Part shown: positions 41,807 through 55,492 of the stretch, one piece after another | How the letters are laid out: every line of letters starts with the position of its first letter | How positions within the stretch are numbered: the first letter of the stretch is position 1 | NCBI GenBank assembly: GCA_951406725.2 | Contig: OX597836.1 | Coordinates: forward strand, 28,272,001 to 28,336,000 | Direction of reading: 5' to 3' | Origin: Octopus vulgaris | Taxonomy: Eukaryota | DNA length: 64,000 nucleotides | Notes under the pieces: generated by a model | Seen by the model: only the letters and a program-made list of their open reading frames with translations | Databases searched by the model: none | Told to the model about the DNA's origin: nothing | Made by a program: the position numbers and the translations under genes

Positions 41807-42054
41807 CTGTCGAGGACTTCCTGGAGCCCTTCTTCAATAACTGTATTAGGGAGCAAGTTAAAGCGAGATTTCAAGGATCTGCAAGAGATTAACTTTGGGG
41901 CCAGATTGTATCTGGCTAAAGTCAAAGTATTGAAGACATTCGGTGGAAGGGTCTCTTTGAAAACCGGTTGCAGTCGATATAAATTGTCAACGGCTTCTTG
42001 CAATGAAACATCCCTGGTTGGTGAACTGGAAGTCTGGACAGCAGCCATTAAAAG
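41807..42054 (-). CDS. amine oxidase-fold protein, exon 3
   Basis: Polypyrimidine tract + caacAG and GTaaca donor. ...RDVSLQEAV...VIEEGLQEVLDR is equivalent to D.SL and G...L. Phases 0/2. Confidence 0.85.
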
Positions 42055-42879
42055 CTGTTGAAGGGGAAAAAAAGAGATAATTATAAGAAATGGATTACAT
42101 TGTGATTATAGTCAGAAATACAAAAAAAAGGGTTAAAAAAGATGATTGTTACAACTGCGTGGCCATTGCCGCTGGACTGGCTCCTGTGCAGGTGGCACAT
42201 AAAAAGCACCATCTGGGCGTGGCTGTTGCCAGTACCACCAAACTGGCCCTCATGCCAGTGGCACGTAAAAGCACCCACTACACTCTCAGAGTGGTTGGCG
42301 TTTGGAAGGGCATCCAGCTGTAGAAACTCTGCCAGATCAGATTGGAGTCTGGCTCGCCAGACCTCAGTCAAATCATCCAACCCATGCTAGCATGGAAAGT
42401 GGACGCTAAATGATGATGATGATGATGAAATGCCAGATTAGGGCTCCCTTGAGGCTTTAGCAACAACAAAGGAAACAAGTTATACAAGAGGGTGCTGAAA
42501 AGTTCCTGGCTTTAAGGGTATTGCGAAAGGCCAAATTGGAAGCTCAACCTTTGAAGTTCTTTCACAGGGCTTAGTAAAACTGAAGGACTGCTGCAATAAG
42601 TGTGTGACTCTGAGAGGGGAATATGCTGAATAAAATCATAATTGATCCTCCTGTATCTTCTTTTACCTAAAACCAAGAAATTTTCAGTACTACCCCATAT
42701 ATGTAACTACTCTTCCCCTCAAAAACACACTGACTGTAGTGAGGTTTGAACTGGCCATGGTGAAGTCTGTAGTCCAACACTTTAACAACAAGACCAATGT
42801 GCCTCTTTTGTTTCTATTTGTAGATTTAAAACTCAATTGTTCTTTAGTTGGATGTAGCCATTCTGGAGCAGCATTAATA

Positions 42880-43190
42880 GGACCCCCTTCGGTCATGAAG
42901 GACCATGGGATTACACCTAGAAAGTTACCCTCTGAGGTTGTTTATGGAAGACCAGCAGTCACTCATGCATACCAGCCTCTACTCTCCACACCACCAATGT
43001 TATCCAAGGGAAAGGCAAAGGGGCCGATACAGCTTGGCACCAGTGACGCCACGACTCATTTCTACAGCTGAGTGAATTGGAGCAACGTGAAATAAAGTGT
43101 CTTGCTCAAGAACACAACACACTGCTTGATCCAGGAATTGAACTCATTACCTCATGATTGTGAGCCTAACGCTCTAACCACTGAGCCATT
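42880..43190 (-). mobile_element. tRNA-headed CORE-like SINE
   Basis: Minus strand reads ATGGCTCAGTGGTTAGAGCG...GAGTTCAATTCC...GTGTTCTTGAGCAAGACACTTT. A related copy is at 23120-23270. Confidence 0.65.
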
Positions 43191-43814
43191 ATTATATCCA
43201 AGACAGGATCATTGAGCCAACGAGGAATCCACTACATCAGTCATTAGCAAACTACAGCCAGTGGGCCACAGGCATGATGTAGTGGATTCCTCTTTGGCTC
43301 AACAATCCTGTTTTGGATATAATAATGCTGCTGCAGCATGGTCACATCCAATTAAATTTTAATTTTAAATTATTTAAAATTTAATTTTAATTCAAATTAT
43401 TTATGCAGCCAGGAGGCCACACACAACCCACAAGGTTTTCTGAATGGCACACATAAGCACGTTTATGTTAATTCAAACATGATTGTTATAAAGACCTAAA
43501 TGTGTCTGCATTTAAATTCTATCTTGTTTTCGTCTGAATGCACCAACCACATGCCATATCATTATTGTTGCCGTGTTGTACATTTCTATCAACCTGCCTG
43601 TCACAGACCCTGATTTTATGACCTAAACTTCCTGCTTTGACGAGATCCTAACTAAAACTGTCAAACAAAATTTTATGTTGATTTTGTTCCAAACATGAGA
43701 TTAAAAACGACAAGGTTATTTTACTGAATTCATCCTTATTTTTAAAATTAACTGAATCAAAAGCAGTGTATTTTAACAGAAATATGGTGATGAAAGGGTT
43801 AAATGGCTGATTTA

Positions 43815-44050
43815 AGGCGGCGAGCTGGCAGAAACCTTAAGCACGCCGGGCGAAATGCTGAGCGGTATTTCGTCTGCCGCTACGTTCTGAGTTCAAATTC
43901 CGCCAAGGCCGACTTAGCCTTTCATCCTTTCGGGGTCGATTAAATAAGTACCAGTTACGCACTGGGGTCGATATAATCGACTTAATCCGTTTGTCTGTCC
44001 TTGTTTGTCCCCTCTGTGCATAGCCCCTTGTGGGTAGTAAAGAAATAAGG
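43815..44050 (+). mobile_element. tRNA-derived SINE family 2 with Nin-like domain (copies at 3572-3805 -, 6712-6947 -, 11756-11956, 53118-53330, and others)
   Basis: GGCGGCGAGCTGGCAGAA...GAGTTCAAATTCC head followed by GTCGACTTTGCCTTTCATCCTTTCGGGGTCGAT..AAGTACCAG; many dispersed copies. Confidence 0.85.
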
Positions 44051-45211
44051 GTTAAATGGCTGATTGTAGATCAGTGGTGCCCAACCAAGGTCTACATGGC
44101 CCTTGGGGGTCCATATAAGATTTTTTGTTGTTAAAATTTATGTGCAATAAATAGTGATCAAAGAAACTTGACTGCTATTTCTAGCAGGTCGAGCAACCAT
44201 AGAGAAGCCCTGTCATTGGTATGTCATGTTATATGTGACAAGGTATGTTAGCCTGACCTTGTTGTGTGGAGTGGGTATAAGACAGCAGAGAGGAGATATG
44301 AAGTATGTAGGAAAATATTTAGGTTGAATGTAACCAGTGAAATAATCACTTTGTTGGTCTATATCTATTTTATTAAATTTGTCATAAAGACAGAACAAAG
44401 ATTAGGTAGCTTTGCGGGCTGGACAAGACGTTAATGAAATGAATGATAAGGATGGGAGAAGACAGAAAGCGCCCACCGACCCTCTGCTTCTCTGTAACAT
44501 TGTTCTTTCACAAACATACATTGAGGTATTAAACCTCTTACATTTTTCAATATTTAACCCTTTAGTGTTTAAACCGGCCAAATCCGACCCAATATATTCT
44601 ACATGTTTTATATTCAAACTGGCGATATCTAGCCTCTCACTCCTAACCTACAATGTCATTCTGAAAATAAACAATCACATCATTGAAACCTCAAAGATAT
44701 AAGATAATGCATGATTAATTCAAAACAATTTGAGTGAAAAGGTATTACATTTAACAGAGTAATCTGAACACTAAAGGGTTAAACATATATTGAGGTATTA
44801 ACCCTCTTACAATTCTTCAATATTAAACATGCAATCTTACGGTTCCAGTACATTTTACGTCAACTGACCACGTGTATTTGTTTATATATGATCGTCAATT
44901 TCCGTAAAAAAACTTTTATTTTTTTACATATGGGGTTGGGGGGAGGGAATGGGATCTTTGGGGTTAGGGTTACGGTTTGGGGTTGGGACCCTAACCCTAA
45001 CCCTATTAAACATATACATTGAGGTGTTAAACCTCTTACAATTTTTCTGCACAAACAATTTATTTGGACTAAAAGGTCCATTACAAATTTAACACATACT
45101 TGAGGCAATAAACCTCTTATACTAATCCCCGCTTAACTCTCTTGCGTTATCAAAGTTGAATATTTTGGTAGTTAGTATATAGAAGATTGTGATTGGTAAT
45201 GAATAACTCAC

Positions 45212-45396
45212 CTGTTGATGGATCTGAGCCAGATTTTCAAACTCCAGATCACGGTAGACTTTGTTTGTGTTACCATCAATCAACTGCTTGAATTCAATAC
45301 GCTTTGGACTCACTTCAAATGGACCCAAAAATTCACTCAACATGTTCTCAGGGTCATCATCATCAAACATGACAATTCCCAGATCAGCTTCAAGAC
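45212..45396 (-). CDS. amine oxidase-fold protein, exon 2
   Basis: aatAG/GTgagt. GLEADLGIVMFDDDDPENML occupies the DLGAxW position. Phases 1/0. Confidence 0.85.
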
Positions 45397-46734
45397 CTAT
45401 TTAAAAAAAAAAAAGGAATATATTTTACCTTGTTAAGTTAGTTGATGATTAACATTTCTTACAGTGAGTTCTTCAGATTTTCTGTGGGGGCAGAAAGAAA
45501 CATGTTTTTACTCTGTGAAACTGAATTTATTTAGTCAGGAATTTGACACTAGAAAATCTAAAGACTTGTTTTTGATTGATGTTCCAAAAAGGAAAAGAAA
45601 ATTTACTCAAGACAACATCATCATTTAACATCCACTTTTCCATTCTTGCATGGGTCAGATGGAAATTGTTGAGGCAAGTTTACTACAGTTGGATGCCCTT
45701 CCTGTCACCAACCTTCACCTGTTTCCAAATATGTTCTTCAGTGTGAAAACTAAAAATGAACAACACTGCTTGTATGATGGTGATGCTCGTTTACAACCAT
45801 AACATGATGTCAAAGCAACCAGACACAAGAAACACACATATATAAACACATACGCACACACACACATAGATCGATAGACAGACAGACAAAACAGATAGAC
45901 ACAACATACAGAAACAATAGGTTTCTTTCAGTTTCCACCTACCAAATCCACTCACATTTCTTTGATCAGCTCGGGGCTATAGTAGAAGACACTTGTTCAA
46001 GGTGCTGCAATGTGGGATTGAACCTGAGGCCACATGGTTGGGAAGTAAACTTCATCACCACACAGCCATGTCTGGACCTTTCAACAACGAAAGAGTATTC
46101 TAAGCTAAACAGGCAAACAGCTTAGGAGTGGCTGTGTGGTTTCAAAACATCTCCCATTAACTCTCTGAATACCAACACTCACAGAAATAAAAAAATACAT
46201 TAGCACAGTGCATCCCAAAATGAAAAATACCCCACTTTAAATATTGGGTAAATTTTTGCACACCTACTTCTTTATTAATGAGAAAACACCCTATCAGCTA
46301 AGGGATCCTGTCTTGCAAATAACTGGTGCAGGTGACATGTAAAAAGCCTCCAGTGTAGTCTGTAAAGTGGTTGGCATTTGGAAGGGGCATCCAACCTTAG
46401 AAATCACATGAAAACAGACTGTAGACCTTGGCACAGTCTTCTGGGTTGCCAGCTAATGTCAAACCCTCCAATCCATGCCAGCAGGGAAGACAGATGTTAA
46501 ATTATGATGATAGTTCTTATGATAATTCCCATTTCTTTGTCAAGATAAGTTTTACTGGTTTAAAATCATATTTATTTTATGAAACAATTTGCCTGCTCCT
46601 TTCCCAACCCCCTGAAGACATACACTGAATTTAGCACATTGTAAATTTTCACTGTTGCATCTCCAACCTTTCTTTCTCCCAGCATGGAAATGGTTGCCAA
46701 GTTAAATGTACCATTCTGAAATTAAACAAATATT

Positions 46735-47124
46735 GGATCTTTACCTTTTGATTGACAGATTTACAAAATAATCTTTTGTAACTAAACACTTTCAAACTTC
46801 GGACACTTGTAGAATGTGTCATACAAAAAAAAAAATCTTTTACTCTTAGCGTTTTTGAGAAAAGCTTATATTTACGAACTTATTTCACGTTAAAGTTGTC
46901 GTATTTCGGTAATTTCAACCAATCAATGACATGTATTCAGCTGAATAAAATTACTGCTATTGTTTGTCAACAAGAAACAGATTCCGGCGGTGTATATTTC
47001 GTTTGTCACTGTTATTTATGACAACCCTAACCCTAAAACCTTAAAGCTAAAACCAGTACAAACGCATGAACGATGTCATACAAAATTTTTTTTTTTAAAT
47101 CTGTCAGTCAAAAGGTAAAGATCC
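46735..47124. mobile_element. sister MITE subfamily (GGATCTTTACCTTTTGA TIR)
   Basis: TSD CAAATATT; shares internal blocks and CCCTAA repeats with the family above. Confidence 0.88.
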
Positions 47125-47630
47125 CAAATATTAAATACATGAAATACAGGTACTTTACAAGAATGACACCTTTATTAATACTGTACAGTGCAAAGTTCTA
47201 CTGAACTAGTCTGGTCATCATCATCACCATTTAACGTCCAATCTCGATGCAGGTATGGGTTGGACCGTTGGACACGGATCTGGCTAGCAGGGAGATGTCC
47301 AGATTCCAACTGTCTGTTGAGGTATGGTTTCTATGGCCAGATGCCCTTCCTAATGCCAACCACTTAACAGAGTCTTTTCGGTTTGAACGGCAGTTTTTAA
47401 CATAATTACTTTTTACGTGTCACCAGCACAGGTACGTTTACACAGCACCAGCACAGGTGCATTAACAAAGCACTGACACAGATGCTTTGTAAGTGGCACC
47501 AGCACCTGGAAGGACAAGCCTGTATGTGTGGAAGACAGCAGTTTTACTTAGCCTGAGATGTCTTATCAAGTACAACAAATTTCCACATCTCCTGGTTCCT
47601 TGTCATTTCCTCTGTAGGAATCTGAAGTTC

Positions 47631-48028
47631 GGCTCTTTTCGGTTTGAACAGCAGTTTTTAACATAATTTCTAGGTAGTTAAAAAGTTTTAAACTTCGTAT
47701 ACTGGTAGAATGTGTTTATAAAACATCTTTTTCTCTTGGCTTTATTGAGAAAATTCTATAGTTTGTAAGATATTTGTTGTTTTTTTTTTCTTCAATTTCT
47801 GCAATTTCAACCAATCAATGACCGTCTATTGAGGTGAAAACATCCCTCATTTAAGAAACAGATTGGGTTTATTTACATTTGGGAAGAAAAAAAGATACCC
47901 TTCCCCCACCCATAACCCTAACCCTAAAACAGATTGAAATGCAATAGATCGATACTAGGGTCATAATTATGGGTGACAATTTCATATGACACCGCTAGAA
48001 AAAACTGCCGTTCAAACCGAAAAGATCC
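47631..48028. mobile_element. MITE with GGATCTTTTCGGTTTGAAC-type TIRs and 8-bp TSD
   Basis: TSD TGAAGTTC on both sides; internal CCCTAA repeats. Confidence 0.9.
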
Positions 48029-49610
48029 TGAAGTTCCTGCTTGTAAATTGGTGTGGATTCTAGGAAATTCCAGACCATTACTGTCAGGAAAGTCAGAGCT
48101 GTATCTGTATTCTGTTCACATCCAGGCTACATTATAATGGTGTTTATCATAAGGAGGACAAGAGCCCTAGGAAAGGTTTGAGAGAACTGAAAAAGGGGAC
48201 AAATAAATTGCAATGTTTAATGAATTTTAAATGACTTTAAACTTTAAAAAAAAAATAGGCATCAGAGTAGCAATGCATACTCTGTGCACAGATAAGTTCT
48301 TTTTGCAAATTATAGTGCAGCTTACAATGTGTTGCTTACCCATGCTTTTTAATTAAACTGAATTATTAATTTTTTTTTTTAAGAAACCAAACATTGGCAA
48401 AGATTATGACTATGCAAAATTAATTTTTTTCTTCTAGAAATTTTCTAGCAAATTACCTGGGCTAGTGAAATAGGATTAAATATTCAATAATTTAAGGCTG
48501 TAGGAGAGAACTGAGCTTTTGACAAGAATTTTTTATTTAAGAGTATTTCCAAGAACAGAACAACCTCACCATGTGAATAAAAGTATTGTGTATTTAATAA
48601 TGAAAATATTCCTGAAAGTTTAGAATAAGTTAATTACAAATATACAAAAAAAAAAAACATCTTTCAAACCGAAATTTGTCACATATTTCTCTTTTACATA
48701 ATTGTAATTTCTCATGCATAAAACACAAGACTACAGGGGAAAAAAAAGTCAAAAAGTTAAAAATGAAAATTGAAAAACACAATCCTATTCAAAACCTGCA
48801 AACTCAAAGGAATAAGCATTTTAGGCAAAACAGAATTTCCGACGTTATTGTATAGGGTTGCCATTATTATTATTTAATCATAGGTCAAACTGGCTCATTA
48901 CCTTTATTTAAAGGTCGTTTTTGTTGTGACATCTCATCACACCTCCCTCCCCCACCCCGAAACAATCTGACATTACAAGGAATCTTTAATTTTAAAGTGA
49001 ATATGGTACGTTAAAATCAAAGATCACCAGGATTATTCAAAGAAACCTTCCTTTTTTTAAGCTAGTAAAATATGATGTGAGAATTTGGCTGTTATTTCTA
49101 GCAAGTTCAGCACTAAGTGATTATTAGATTACTAGCTGGAAAGAAAGTTAATTTTTTTTTTTTTTTTTTGATTTTTCCATATTAAATTCCGATAGAATCG
49201 TAATTCACGCCATCTGAAAGGTATCAGGAGACAATTTCGATTTCATCTAAAAATACCCATTTTTTCAGAAACTTACGGGATGAAAAACAGTAACTGTTTG
49301 TACAATTTGATTTTATTGACTAATTTACTTTTTAGAAAAAGAATACAATAACAAACTTTTTTAAAAAAAAAAAGGTAATTTTCTGGCCGTGACAGAAGAA
49401 AAGCACTTAATAAGGTAACACTTAAGATTTTACGTCGCTAAAATAGGAAGATACTAGAATGGTAGTTTTCCTTAATAGCGATATCTGTTTTACATAAGAA
49501 GACTGTATAGATTTGTTTGTCCGTTGTTATAATTAGTTCACTGTCTTTAATTAAACCTATTAAAATACCAAATGACCAATAAACATGATGCGGAAGCAAT
49601 TTCTTCTTAC

Positions 49611-49875
49611 CTTTTGCACGGTCAAAGTTGATGCGGTCAGTCCACACACGACCCCCGTAGCGCTCCCTTCGTGCTTCTAACACAGTAACATCCCACTGGC
49701 CAGAGTTGGAGAGGGACCTGGCCGCTGCTAATCCAGCCACTCCAGCCCCGACCACCACTACAGAGCCGAGAGACTTAGCAAGCTCCTGTGATTTTTTGCC
49801 GTTGTCTGTTTTCGAACCTTCGACTGCATGTGACCAGACTAAACAGAGTAACAACACAGTAAATGAGACAACCAT
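49611..49875 (-). CDS. flavin amine oxidase-fold protein, exon 1 (signal peptide + FAD Rossmann motif)
   Basis: MVVSFTVLLLCLVWSHAVEG is a hydrophobic leader. VVVVGAGVAGLAAA...VTVLEAR..YGGRVWT gives GxGxxG plus the GG motif. GTaaga donor, phase 1. Confidence 0.92.
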
Positions 49876-50290
49876 TTCGACTGGAGACTCGTGGGGAGTG
49901 ACCGTCTACCTTGAAACGGGAACCAGTGTCAAGATACGTAAAGGTAAACAGGAACAGTGTGTCAAGGTAAACACAAATGTGACACCTGACCAGGTGAAGT
50001 AGTTGTTGGCGGGAGAATTAGTCAGACAACAGTTCACTCCCTTGCATTTCTCAATTTCTCTCTCACTTTGATTTTCTTTACTTCTATTTCCTCGCTCTCT
50101 CTCTCTGTTTATATCTGTTTCTTTTTGCGTCTATATCTGTATTTGTATCTTTCTCTTTACCTACCTCCCCTTCTCTTTATGTTTCTCTTTACCTACATAT
50201 CTCTCTTTCTATCTATCGATCTAGTTCTCTCCCCTCTCACCTCTATCAATGTCTTCTATTCCAGCGCCGAATAATTATACCTCTCTATAC

Positions 50291-50469
50291 CAGTGCTTTT
50301 CAACCTTTTTGCTGGAGCGGAACCCCAAGGAAACATTCCACTGGTTCAAGGAACCCCTGTGCAATAATTTAATAGTCTTATGCACACATATCTGCACAAG
50401 AGAATTTAAAAATACTGCCGATTTTAGCATTTTTGTAACTTCTTGCGGAACCCTGGTTGAAAACCACTG
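50291..50469. mobile_element. hAT-type MITE
   Basis: CAGTG.TTTTCAACC...GGTTGAAAACCACTG; 8-bp TSD CTCTATAC. A similar element is at 24903-25225. Confidence 0.85.
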
Positions 50470-51031
50470 CTCTATACAGTCCCTTCATCACCTAAAAATA
50501 GCAGCCAAATTTTCCCCCAGATCACACTTTGTCATCTTTAAAGAAAGAAAGATACATAGAATAATGCAGACTTTCTTTTGATATTTTATAACTTACCTAG
50601 AGAAAGAAGAACAGTCCTCCTGTCACTGTCAGTACCCCAGAGACTACAGGAAGAATGTCTCGGACTGGAACCATAAATGTTTGCAACGAAGCAAATTTCA
50701 CTAACGACAGCCAAGGGGACTGAATGAAAGTCAGAATGATCGTGGTTTGGACACCTTTACTTATAGACCAAGGCTGACCTGGGGTTAAACAAGAACAGCT
50801 ATTCTTTATCTTTGTTAGTTACATTCTGTTACTCCTTCACTTTTCTGATAATGTTAGTTCGGCCTTATTTGCGGAATTCTTTTATTCTTTCATTTGTTTC
50901 AGTCATTTGACTGGAGCACCGTCTTGAATGGTTTTAAGTTGAACAAATTGATCCAGGACTTATTCTATTGGTTCTCTTTTAACGAAATGCTAAGTTATGG
51001 GGATATGAGCACACCGGATAGGTGAACAAAT

Positions 51032-51072
<41 letters not shown>

Positions 51073-51212
51073 AGAATATTTCGATGGGTGAATGAATTAT
51101 CCTATGTTTACTGTTAACATGGAAAATTCAATGAACCGTTACCAGGGTAGCATATGTCGAAAGTAAAGGAATTTTATTAACCTCTTCGTTCAACTCCATT
51201 TATTTATTCATC

Positions 51213-51255
<43 letters not shown>

Positions 51256-51534
51256 GACAGGCTTCTTTCAGTTCCCCTCTACCAAATCCACTCATAAGAT
51301 TTTGGTCAGCCCAAGGCTATAGTAGAAAACACCTGCCCAAAGTGCCATGCAGTGGAACTGAACCCGGAACTATGGTGTTGGGAAGCAAGCTTTTTACCAC
51401 ACCTGCACCTTATTTGCAGAATTCTTCAAAACTTATCTTCCAAAATGATGATCAAGCAAAGTTAATTCCATAAAAATATCTGACACTGACATCCCAACCT
51501 TCTTTCCTCCATCCTCATCATCATTGTTCAACAT

Positions 51535-51952
51535 TTAAGTTAAGTTAATTTTTTGGTTCAAAAGAGCAAAAAGCAAGGCCATGTAGGGAGACATGGAGTT
51601 ATGTACAGGGAGGGTGTTCATGTAAAGCGTTCAGGCCATTTCTGGTCAAGAGAGACTTTGAACCGAGCGGTCATCGGCATCTTCACTATCTCATCCGGCA
51701 GTTTATTCCACGGATCCGCAACCCGGACAGAGAAAGCCCCTCTCCTTCGATTGAGAAGAAATCGTCGTAGATAGAGCTTTTCGGAGTGACCCCGCAGCTG
51801 ACGCTCTGGATCAGGAATGAAGAACAGCTCTTTCGAGAGGTTACACTTTTCGCTTATGATGTTGTGAGCAAGAATGAGATCACCACAGCGGCGGCAGCGT
51901 TTTTCTAGAGAATAAAGGTCGAGCGTCTTCAGCCTTTCTTCATAAGACAAAT
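51535..51952 (-). mobile_element. CR1 LINE 3' fragment (same family as 37960-38506)
   Basis: SYEERLKTLDLYSLEKR...FSVRVADPWNKLP with the same tail. Confidence 0.87.
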
Positions 51953-52152
51953 GATTTTGTTCTCCATGTTAGTATGGACTGGGTGACTTGACAGGATCTA
52001 ACGTTCCAGTGGACTGTGCCCAATTCTTCTGTCTACTTTGACTTGATTTCTATGGATGGATGTTCTTCTGAATGCCAACCACTTCCCAGAGTGCACTAGG
52101 TGTTTTTTGTTGTTGTTTTTTGTAACAAGACACTGGCACTAGTGAGATCACC

Positions 52153-52569
52153 AGATCTTTTCGGTTTCAATGGCAGTTTTTAACATAATTTCTAGGTAAC
52201 TAAAAAATTTTAAACTTCGTATTCTGGTAGAATGTCTTTATAAAACATCTTTTTATCTTGGCTTTATTGAGAAAATTCTATAGTTTGTAAGATATTTGTT
52301 GTTTTTTTTTCTTCAATTTCTGCAATTTCAACCAATCACTGTCATCTATTGAGGTAAAAAATATTGTGTTGTATGAATATGTCCCTCGTTTAAGAATCAC
52401 ATTGGGTTTATTTACATTTGTGAAGAAAAAAAGATACCCTTCCCCACACCCCTAACCCTAACCCTAAAACAGATTGAAATGCAATAGAATGATACTAGGG
52501 TCATAATTATGGGTGACAATTTCATATGACGCCGCTAGAAAAAACTGCCGTTCAAACCCGAAAAGATCC
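52153..52569. mobile_element. MITE, same family
   Basis: TIRs as above; TSD AGATCACC/AGGTCACC. Confidence 0.88.
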
Positions 52570-54629
52570 AGGTCACCAGGTAACTTGCAAAACATGACCT
52601 CCTTAACTGAAGGAGGATAGTATTGAGTGAAGTAGCTTTATGCTAAGTGATGAGAGGTTAAAGCTTGATAAAGAGACACAAACTGGTGTCTTGCAGTAGA
52701 GAAGATACACGACTACTCCAGCTGGAAAAGGGGGATAGATGAAGCAAGTCATCATCATCATTTAATGTCTGTTGTCCATGCTAGCATGAGTAGGATGGTC
52801 TGACCAGAGCTGGCAAGCTGTGGGGAGTGGGTGGGAGCTGCACCAGACTCCAATCTGATTTGGCATGGTTTCTACAACTGGATGCTCTTCCTAATGCCCA
52901 CCACTTTAAAGAATGTGGCTGGGTGCTTTGCTTTTATGTGGCACTGCATGGGTGCTTTTACATTGCATTCCATGGGCCCTTTTATGAGGTGCCACACACA
53001 CACATTTATGTGGCACCTTATAGACACTTTTACATGGCACTCACTACACAGACATTTTTATGTGGCACCACACACGCACTTTTATGTGACATCACTACAA
53101 GTGCTTTACCTCACTAGAAGGCGGCGAGCTGGCAGAAACATTAGCACGCCAGATGACATGCTTAGCAATATTTCGTCTGCCATTATGTTCTGAGTTCGAC
53201 TTTGCCTTTCATCCTTTCGGGGTCAATAAATTAAGTACCAGTTACGCACTGGGGTCGATGTAATCGACTTAATCCCTTTGTCTGTCCTTGTTTGTCCCCT
53301 CTATGTTTAGCCCCTTGAGGGCAATAAAAAAATTTTTTTAATAAAAAATAAGAAGAACCAGTCTTAACACTTCTACTGCAGAGTACAGGTCTTCTTGAGT
53401 ACAGCAAGGCATCAGGCATCTTGACCCTTTGTCATCTCACCTAAAAGGTTCAACATCAAGTTACTGGAAGGTGAACAATTAAACAAATGATGACTAGACA
53501 TAGTGAATGAGTAGGTAAGATCATGAGGGCGTGAAAGGAGAGTGGAGGATGGATAGCAGTGAATGGTGAACATGAAATAAAACCATCATATCATTTTTAT
53601 TGTATTTGTGTAACATTGTCCCTTTTTTTCCGTCCTTATTTTTGCATACATTTGCTGCTTTCTTCCAAGGAATCTAATGCTCTTAGCTTAGATTTTCCTT
53701 GGGGCTGGCCAGATTGGAGCAATCTCAGGTATGATCAGCTGAAATAGTGAAGATAATCTGGTACTTGACTGAGGAAAGAAAACTTCAAATGACCTGTCCT
53801 TGTTTTCTTTGTATCGTCTATCTGGATGTTTTGTTGTCCCATTTTTGTATCACCTGTCTGGATGTTTTGCATTCTTGTCTCGTTTTGTATTTTATATATA
53901 TAAATATACACACATATATACACGTATATATATATATATATAAGGTTAATCCAAACGGGAAAACAGAAAAAACAACAACACGTGGAACAATTACAGTATT
54001 ATTATTATTAGGCGCTCAGGAAAATGGAAGAAGGAGGGTATATATATATATATATATGTGGAGGTGCAATGGCCCAGTGCTTAGGGCAGTGGACTTGTGG
54101 CCGGATTGTGGTTTCTATTCCCAGACCGGGCGTTGTGTATGTTTATTGAGCAAAAACACCTAAGGGGTGGTGGCAACTCTTTCGCCCCAACTTTCTCTCA
54201 CTCTTTCTTCCTGTTTCTTGAGTAATGCTGCGATGGACTGGCGTCCCGTCCAGCTGGGGGGGAATACATATGCCATAGAAACCAGGCCCATGAGCCTGGC
54301 TAGGCTTGAAAAGGGCGCAAAAAAAAAATATATATATATATATATCATCATCATCACCGTTTCACGTCCACTTTCTATGCTAGCATGGGTTGGATGATTT
54401 GACTGAGGACTGGTGAACCAGATGGCTGCACTAGGCTCCAATCTTGATCTGGCAGTTTCTACAGCTGGATGCCCTTCCTAATGCCAACCACTCTGAGAGT
54501 GTAGTGGGTGCTTTTACATGCCACCGGCACTAGAGCCAGTCAGGCGGTACTGGCAATGGCCACGCTCAAAAGGTGTCTTTTATGTGCTACCTGCACGGAA
54601 GCCAGTCTGACGGCACTGGCAACGATCAG

Positions 54630-55322
54630 CAAACTCACTCTGCCCATTCTGATAAGAAAAGAACTCCGGAATTTGTTGGTGAGATCCAAGCCAAGATTGA
54701 CAATGATCCCTCCAAGTCAATCAGGTTCATCACCAGGGACATGGAAGTGTCTGAGTTTCTTAGCAGGCAGACACGAAGACATTCAGTATTCCTCATACAA
54801 AATGAGGAAGGGCCAATTTTTACCCCAAGCCGCCAAGGACAAGAGGAAAGACCACACTAAGAAGAATTTGAACAAACTCAAGCATCCCCTCCAACCAAAC
54901 ATGCATTGGCTTTTCTCAGACAAGAAAAATTTCTGCCAGGATCAGATGAACACACAGAACAACCACTGGCACATCACCCCTAACATCTGGCCACCTAACT
55001 CCCCTGACTGCAATACCCTTGATTATTATGTGTGGGATGCAGTTGAGTGAGAGACCAACAAAACTCCTTGTGACACCAAAGATGAACCGAAGGCAAGGAT
55101 TATGGCAGCATTCACCAACTTAAACAAGGAGACTGTCCAGAAGAGTTGCAGGAGATTCGAAAGTTGTCTGGAGGCTGTGGATGAAACCAGTAGTGATTTT
55201 ATTGAATAAATTTACTCTTTAGTATTCCAGATATTCTTATGTAATTTTGGTAGATATATCTGTTAAAATGAGACATCAGTGTTATTTTGCATAATTTAGA
55301 TGACAGTTTATTCACTACACTG
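54630..55322 (+). mobile_element. degenerate Tc1/mariner transposon fragment
   Basis: FSDKK.F and WPPNSPDCNTLDYYVWDAVE (WP..SPDLNP.D motif); frameshifted and internally deleted. Confidence 0.8.
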
Positions 55323-55492
55323 TGTGCCCCAGCATGGCCACAGCCTCAAGGCTGAAGCATAAAAGAATAGAATATATATACATATACACACACACATATG
55401 TATATATATATATACATACACACATATAATTGTTAAACAGGACAGAAAACATCTCAAGACGTATACAATATTATTCTAGGAAGAAATTCAAA

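Noticed and set aside
33713-49875. Naming the oxidase LSD1/KDM1, MAO, SMOX/PAOX or LAAO
   Set aside because: No SWIRM/Tower domain, no MAO covalent Cys or C-terminal anchor, no PTS1, and the catalytic residues have diverged; the subfamily cannot be assigned without a phylogeny.
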